Shown: in pieces, positions 41,534 through 45,839 of the stretch | Position numbering within the stretch: the first letter of the stretch is position 1 | Layout: each line of letters starts with the position of its first letter | Origin: Gemmatimonadaceae bacterium | GTDB lineage: Bacteria; Gemmatimonadota; Gemmatimonadetes; Gemmatimonadales; Gemmatimonadaceae | NCBI GenBank assembly: GCA_041747275.1 | Contig: JBGTFN010000139.1 | Location: forward strand, 1-45,839 | Length of the DNA stretch: 45,839 bases | Direction of reading: 5' to 3' | Notes under the pieces: generated by a model | What the model saw: only the letters and a program-made list of their open reading frames with translations | The model's database searches: none | Told to the model about the DNA's origin: nothing | Translations under genes and position numbers: made by a program

Positions 41534-42859
41534 GTGAACATTTCTCGTCCATCGCTCATCCGTCCGAGACCGCTCTCGCTGGCCGTGCTCGCGACTGTAA
41601 TTGCGTCGATGCCGGCGTGCCGTGCCGGCGTCGATGCCTACGCGTCCAATCCGGCGGAGGCGCGGCAGGCTGCGTCACAAGCAGTGACCAGTGTGCAGTA
41701 TCGCTTCGACAGTCCGCTTCGTGACGACCGGTATGATGCCGCCCGCATGCGCATCGCGCGTTACGCACTGGCACCGAGCAAGGTCGAAAACGATACGATC
41801 TGGACGAGCCGCGCTGGCTCTCGCCATGAACTGACTGCATTCGGTCGCATCGTCGAAGGACGCTATCTCTTTTCCGCCCGTTCGCAGGTGCCCATGCCGA
41901 CGTCTGTGGGGGAGTCGCGCCACTACGTCGCCCTCGATACGCTTGCGGACGGAGACCGTCTTTGGCGCACGCAGGTGGATCAGGCCATAGGCAGCGTCAC
42001 GCCGCAGTCGATGGCCAACGTCTTCATTGCGCTCTTTCGCAGCGCTGAGCGATCACCCGCAGCGATCCGCGCGGATTATCGGCGCACGATGCCACGAGCG
42101 ACGGCTTCGTTTGGCCGACTCGCCGCGATGGATACGGTGCACACAACACGACTCGACGACGGCTCCACCGCCGTCACGCTCGGCGTGCAGTTGCATCCCG
42201 ACCGCATTGCCGGCGAGCTGCCCGATTTTTCGAAGTACCTCAAGAAGTACATCTCGCCTGCGCGCTACGAGTTCACGCTGCGTGATCCGACGAGCACAGG
42301 CGTGCACGCAAACGATATATGGTTCGCAATAGAGGGCGACGATGATCGCGTGATGTTTCGCTTTCGTTCGCGCAACGGGCGCCTGCAACCGCTCGCCGGG
42401 CCGGCGCGCCCGATGCCGGATACGCTCACGTTGATGGTGGACGCGTCGGCGAAGTTCGGACTGTTCACAGTTGGCGTCGAGCAGATGCGTGGCCGCTTCG
42501 TGTTCGTCAATACGCCGGACGAAGTCGGTTGGGACATGCGATTCATCACGCCACCAAAGTGGCACTTGCCGCCGATCGCAGGCCGTCTGGTTCGTGGGTC
42601 GCTCAACCGGCCGTTTCAGGGCGACGGCGTCACCGCGATCCTCACCGTGAAACGGCTCGGAAACGGGCAAACCGTGATCCACCGTCGCACAGATGTGGCG
42701 GTGAGCGAAAGCGCGATCATGCGGTGGCTGGGCAACCTGGGCTTCACCGCCATGGATGACTTTGCCGGCCGAGTGGAGTTGGAGGAAGCGCGTTTTCTGT
42801 CGCAGGCGATGCGAGCGATGCGGCAGGACATCAGCGCGTTGCCAGTCGCGGGTCAGTAA
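41534..42859 (+). CDS. Hypothetical secreted protein or lipoprotein (441 aa)
   Basis: GTG start. The N-terminus is LSLAVLATVIASMPACRAG (lipobox-like). Composition looks natural and I recognise no domain. Confidence 0.6.
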   Translation: MNISRPSLIRPRPLSLAVLATVIASMPACRAGVDAYASNPAEARQAASQAVTSVQYRFDSPLRDDRYDAARMRIARYALAPSKVENDTIWTSRAGSRHELTAFGRIVEGRYLFSARSQVPMPTSVGESRHYVALDTLADGDRLWRTQVDQAIGSVTPQSMANVFIALFRSAERSPAAIRADYRRTMPRATASFGRLAAMDTVHTTRLDDGSTAVTLGVQLHPDRIAGELPDFSKYLKKYISPARYEFTLRDPTSTGVHANDIWFAIEGDDDRVMFRFRSRNGRLQPLAGPARPMPDTLTLMVDASAKFGLFTVGVEQMRGRFVFVNTPDEVGWDMRFITPPKWHLPPIAGRLVRGSLNRPFQGDGVTAILTVKRLGNGQTVIHRRTDVAVSESAIMRWLGNLGFTAMDDFAGRVELEEARFLSQAMRAMRQDISALPVAGQ

Positions 42860-42869
42860 AACGAAATCG

Positions 42870-42890
42870 CCGCAGCTTTGTGGGCTGCGG
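42870..42890 (-). terminator. Terminator hairpin (minus-strand U-tract), also placed right after the plus-strand gene
   Basis: ccgcagc (42870-42876) and gctgcgg (42884-42890). On the minus strand it is followed by cgATTTCGTTTT. Confidence 0.55.
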
Positions 42891-43126
42891 CGGACGCGGC
42901 GAATCCCGTCGGATCTCGCCTGGCGATCCCTTCGTCAAGGGTCGCAGAAGGTGCCTCACGCATCGCCATTGGAACTCTCCGTCCTACCGGACGATGGCGG
43001 GCTCTCCTTCAGTATTTTGCCTTTATACCCGGACGTACGCCACGGGTTCCTGGTCTCATTTGTGCAACAACGCGCAGTGCCATACTGCTGGCAAGACTTC
43101 GATATGGACGCTGATGACTACTTTGA

Positions 43127-43199
43127 TGGAGCTGAGGGGGCTCGAACCCCTGACCTCTGCAATGCGAATGCAGCGCTCTCCCAGCTGAGCTACAGCCCC
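43127..43199 (-). tRNA. tRNA-Ala (anticodon CGC)
   Basis: The minus strand reads GGGGCTGTAGCTCAGCTGGGAGAGCGCTGCATTCGCATTGCAGAGGTCAGGGGTTCGAGCCCCCTCAGCTCCA. It has the G3:U70 identity pair and the anticodon loop TTCGCAT. CCA is not encoded. Confidence 0.95.
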
Positions 43200-43288
43200 G
43201 CTTGGCGACGCGCCAGAGGCGCTGACCGGCGCGGAACGCCGTCCTACACAAAACCCGCACCGTGGGCGCGGGTCGCTCGGATCTGGTG

Positions 43289-43316
43289 AAGCTAGTCCTC
43301 GCCGTGCTGCTGTCAA
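43289..43316 (-). promoter_or_regulatory. Candidate promoter of tRNA-Ala
   Basis: The minus strand reads TTGACA (43316-43311), a 16-bp spacer, then TAGCTT (43294-43289), about 85 nt upstream of the tRNA. The -35 hexamer sits in the loop of a 9-bp hairpin (43295-43325). Confidence 0.3.
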
Positions 43317-43384
43317 GGCGAGGACGAGCCCGGGCCCCGATCGTCACAGGAACGCAAAACTCGCCGCCTCCGTTACCCTGCACC

Positions 43385-44830
43385 ATGCCCGATACGCCCC
43401 ACCCGCTCGATTCGCACTTCGTTCGCGACCAGCTGGTTCCGCGCTCGACCGATGCGAATCCGATGCGCACGCAACCGGACGGCGAGTACGTGCTGTATTG
43501 GATGCAGAGCACCCAGCGGCTGCACGAGAATTGGGCACTGCGTGCGGCCATTCGTGCCGCCGACAAGGTGGGCAAGCCGCTCGTGATTCATCAGGGGCTC
43601 GACCCGACATATCCGCACGCGAGCGATCGCCACACGCATCACATCCTGCACGCCGCGCGCGAGACGGCGCGCATCGCCGAGCAAATGGGCCTGCACTACC
43701 AGTTCGTGTTGCGCCGCAAGCGCGATGACGACCGCCGCGTCGTGGACCGACTGGCGCAGCAAGCGTACCTGGTGGTCACGGACCGGTTTCCCACGGCGGG
43801 CGTGGACGCGCGCACCTGGCGATTCGCTGAACGTGTGCAGTGCCGCGTGCTCGCGGTGGAGAGCAGCTGCATCGTGCCGTCGGGCGTGCTGGGCAAGGCC
43901 GAGTGGGCGGCGCGAACGATCAGGCCGAAGCTGGCGAAGCTGCGTGACTTGTCACTCGAGCCCGTGGAGGAGCGCGGGCCATCGGTATCGCTTTCGCGCC
44001 ACGTGAAGCAAGGCGTGCACGACGCGCTCGAGGTGGACACGCTGCGGATCGCATCCATGACGGACGATCAGATCGCGCACGAAATCGCGGCGAGCGAGAT
44101 CGATCACGGCGTGACCCCTGTTCACGGTTTTGTGCCGGGCGTACACGCGGCTGCGGATCGTCTTCGCGAGTTCATCGAGGAGCGCCTGCCGCACTACAAC
44201 GAGCGGCGCAATGAAGCGGCCGACGAGCAGACGAGTCATCTCTCGCCCGACCTGCACTACGGCCACATCGCCGCTGCGGAGGTCGTGCGAGCCGCGCTTG
44301 CCAGCAACGCACCGGCGGCCGATGTGGACGCATTCGTGGATCAGGTGATCACCTGGCGCGAGTTGTCGTACAACTGGTGCCTGCACACCCCACGATTCGA
44401 CCAGCTCGATGCACTGCCTGACTGGATCCAGCGCACGATGGCCGCGCACGCGGATGATCCTCGTCCCGAGCGATATACGCTGGCACAACTCGACGCGGCA
44501 GGCACCGACGATGAGTTGTGGAATGCATCGCAGCGCCAGCTGGTGCGTTCCGGCGTGATTCACAACTACGCGCGCATGCTGTGGGGAAAGCAAATCGTGC
44601 GTTGGGCGCCCACCTATGAGGACGCGCGCACGTGGATGTTTCATCTCAACGATCGCTACGCGCTGGACGGACGCGATCCCAACAGTGTAGGCGGCATCAT
44701 GTGGTGTCTCGGCCTCTGGGATCGCTCATGGGGCAACAAGCCTGTCTGGGGCGGGCTGCGTCCGATGCTCACCTCACGCGCCGGCCGGAAGTTCGATGTA
44801 GGTCGCTACGTGCGGAAATGGATGGAGTAG
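43385..44830 (+). CDS. Class II CPD photolyase (deoxyribodipyrimidine photo-lyase)
   Basis: YVLYWMQSTQRLHENWAL, SHLSPDLHYGHI, DELWNASQRQLVRSGVIHNYARMLWGKQIV and LNDRYALDGRDPNSVGGIMWCLGLWDRSWG...RKFDV match class II enzymes such as the Methanosarcina type. ATG 43385 fits, and the track start at 43262 overlaps the tRNA promoter region. Confidence 0.9.
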   Translation: MPDTPHPLDSHFVRDQLVPRSTDANPMRTQPDGEYVLYWMQSTQRLHENWALRAAIRAADKVGKPLVIHQGLDPTYPHASDRHTHHILHAARETARIAEQMGLHYQFVLRRKRDDDRRVVDRLAQQAYLVVTDRFPTAGVDARTWRFAERVQCRVLAVESSCIVPSGVLGKAEWAARTIRPKLAKLRDLSLEPVEERGPSVSLSRHVKQGVHDALEVDTLRIASMTDDQIAHEIAASEIDHGVTPVHGFVPGVHAAADRLREFIEERLPHYNERRNEAADEQTSHLSPDLHYGHIAAAEVVRAALASNAPAADVDAFVDQVITWRELSYNWCLHTPRFDQLDALPDWIQRTMAAHADDPRPERYTLAQLDAAGTDDELWNASQRQLVRSGVIHNYARMLWGKQIVRWAPTYEDARTWMFHLNDRYALDGRDPNSVGGIMWCLGLWDRSWGNKPVWGGLRPMLTSRAGRKFDVGRYVRKWME

Positions 44831-44839
44831 GTTGCATGC

Positions 44840-45839
44840 ATGACCGATACACTACTCCCCGGGATCCTTCCCACGCTCGACTCCGTGCAGCGGGCCGCGC
44901 AGGCGCTTGCGGAAGTCTTTCCCCCCACACCGCTTCGACATAGCCCGGCGCTCACCGCGCTCTGCGGCTCGCCGGTATGGCTCAAACTCGAATGCGAGCA
45001 GGAGACCGGGTCGTTCAAGGTGCGCGGCGCGTACACGGTGCTGCATCGCATGTCGGCCGAGGATCGCGCGCGCGGCGTGGTCGCGTCGAGCGCGGGCAAT
45101 CACGGGCTCGGCGTTGCGTGGGCATCACATCACTTCGGGGCTCCGGCCACACTGTATGTGCCAAGGCACGCGCCACAGGTGAAGAAGGACGGTATCGCAG
45201 CGCTGGGCGCGGTGGTCGATGACACGGCGAACGATTACGACCACGCCATGGTGCTCGCCAAGGCCCATGCGGAGCGAGAAGGCGTGCGATTCATCAATCC
45301 GTGCCTCGGCGAGGACCTGCTCGCCGGTCAGGGCACGGTGGCGCTGGAACTGTTGGCGCAACTGCCCGCTGTGCGCACGGTGCTGGTGTGCGTCGGTGGG
45401 GGGGGGCTGCTTGGCGGCGTAGGTGCTGTGCTTCGTCGCACGTCACCCGACGTGCGGATTGTCGGTGCGCAGAGTGTGCGAACGGCCGCGATGTCGAAAT
45501 CGGTGCACGCGGGACGCGTGGTGGAGATTGCGTCGGAGTCGACGCTGGCCGACGGACTGGCCGGCCAGATCGATGATGACGCGCTGCAGATCGGTCAGCG
45601 CTGTCTTGATGATATCGGCGCGCTCGACGAGGATCTCATCGGCGAAGCGATCGCGTGGCTGGCCACGAATGAGGACCTCACCGTGGAGGGTGCAGGTGCC
45701 GTCACGGTGGCCAGCCTGCTCGATGCAGCGCGCGCTGGACGATCGCGTGGGGAGTCCCCGGTGGTGGCGATCGTCAGCGGGCGCAACATCGATGACTCAC
45801 GCCGAGCTGCGCTCCTCGAACGCTGGACGCGGCCGGGCG
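44840..45839 (+). CDS. Threonine/serine dehydratase (PLP-dependent, fold type II), 3' end outside the window
   Basis: The frame is open from ATG 44840 to the window end, so it is absent from the ORF track. Motifs are VWLKLECEQETGSFKVRGA (PLP lysine), SSAGNHG and VCVGGGGLLGG (phosphate loop). Confidence 0.9.
   Translation, partial: MTDTLLPGILPTLDSVQRAAQALAEVFPPTPLRHSPALTALCGSPVWLKLECEQETGSFKVRGAYTVLHRMSAEDRARGVVASSAGNHGLGVAWASHHFGAPATLYVPRHAPQVKKDGIAALGAVVDDTANDYDHAMVLAKAHAEREGVRFINPCLGEDLLAGQGTVALELLAQLPAVRTVLVCVGGGGLLGGVGAVLRRTSPDVRIVGAQSVRTAAMSKSVHAGRVVEIASESTLADGLAGQIDDDALQIGQRCLDDIGALDEDLIGEAIAWLATNEDLTVEGAGAVTVASLLDAARAGRSRGESPVVAIVSGRNIDDSRRAALLERWTRPG

Noticed and set aside
42853-42969. 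38-aa minus-strand small ORF (MAMREAPSATLDEGIARRDPTGFAASAAAHKAAAISFY) with a good SD (GGAGAG-5 nt-ATG).
   Set aside because: Third-position GC is only about 63%, well below neighbouring genes. The terminator hairpin and two other stem-loops lie inside it, and it would overlap the convergent gene's 3' end. It is more likely part of a structured RNA, so it is kept only as a remote alternative.
43127-43199. GGGGCTG...CAGCTCCA ends that might indicate tmRNA.
   Set aside because: The 73-nt sequence folds as a complete canonical tRNA-Ala with a CGC anticodon. There is no tag-peptide ORF or pseudoknot region between the acceptor halves.
40640-43260. Possible genomic island or integration module at tRNA-Gln and tRNA-Ala.
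   Set aside because: There is no integrase, excisionase, phage or conjugation gene, and no direct repeat of either tRNA 3' end is visible nearby. Only repeats and ordinary genes flank the tRNAs.

Overview
High-GC (about two-thirds G+C by eye) bacterial chromosomal segment, densely coding on both strands. I can support about 42 protein-coding genes, two tRNAs (Gln-CUG, Ala-CGC), one gene remnant and several repeat, terminator and promoter features. Both window edges cut genes that the ORF track misses because they lack an in-window start or stop. There is no rRNA, CRISPR array, transposase, integrase or phage gene. Gene content is housekeeping plus envelope and stress functions:
- NUDIX and GNAT enzymes, dodecin, a PEP-CTERM secreted protein, prolyl oligopeptidase, peroxiredoxin and glycerate kinase.
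- A TetR gene followed by aguB-aguA (agmatine to putrescine).
- TerC, an M28 peptidase, queC-queE and a separate queD, a DsbA-like protein and an NlpC/P60 hydrolase.
- A DUF218-thermonuclease pair, a DUF983-permease pair and an RND efflux pair (adaptor plus pump).
- A phosphodiesterase next to a DUF4956/CotH-like pair, and a cupredoxin-CopA copper operon.
- Class II photolyase and a threonine dehydratase.
I found no protein-coding system that I could defend as new. The unexplained structure is mostly noncoding:
1. A family of roughly 200-bp hairpin-forming repeats, with a tandem pair between tRNA-Gln and the copper operon and a related solitary palindrome at 420-614.
2. A second family of palindromic elements whose arms are tandem GCGCAAAC octamers. 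There are two full copies and one half copy, and one full copy abuts a truncated, frameshifted beta-carbonic anhydrase remnant.
3. Two genes (queD, glycerate kinase) whose conserved N-termini lie upstream of any ATG/GTG/TTG. In both, a CTG overlaps the upstream stop as CTGA, mirroring seven GTGA/ATGA junctions elsewhere in the window.
4. A near-consensus promoter with a C5-T-C5 spacer in front of the copper operon.
5. A lower-GC, hairpin-rich stretch of about 250 nt downstream of tRNA-Ala.
Functional calls come from motif recognition in the translations. No database search was run.
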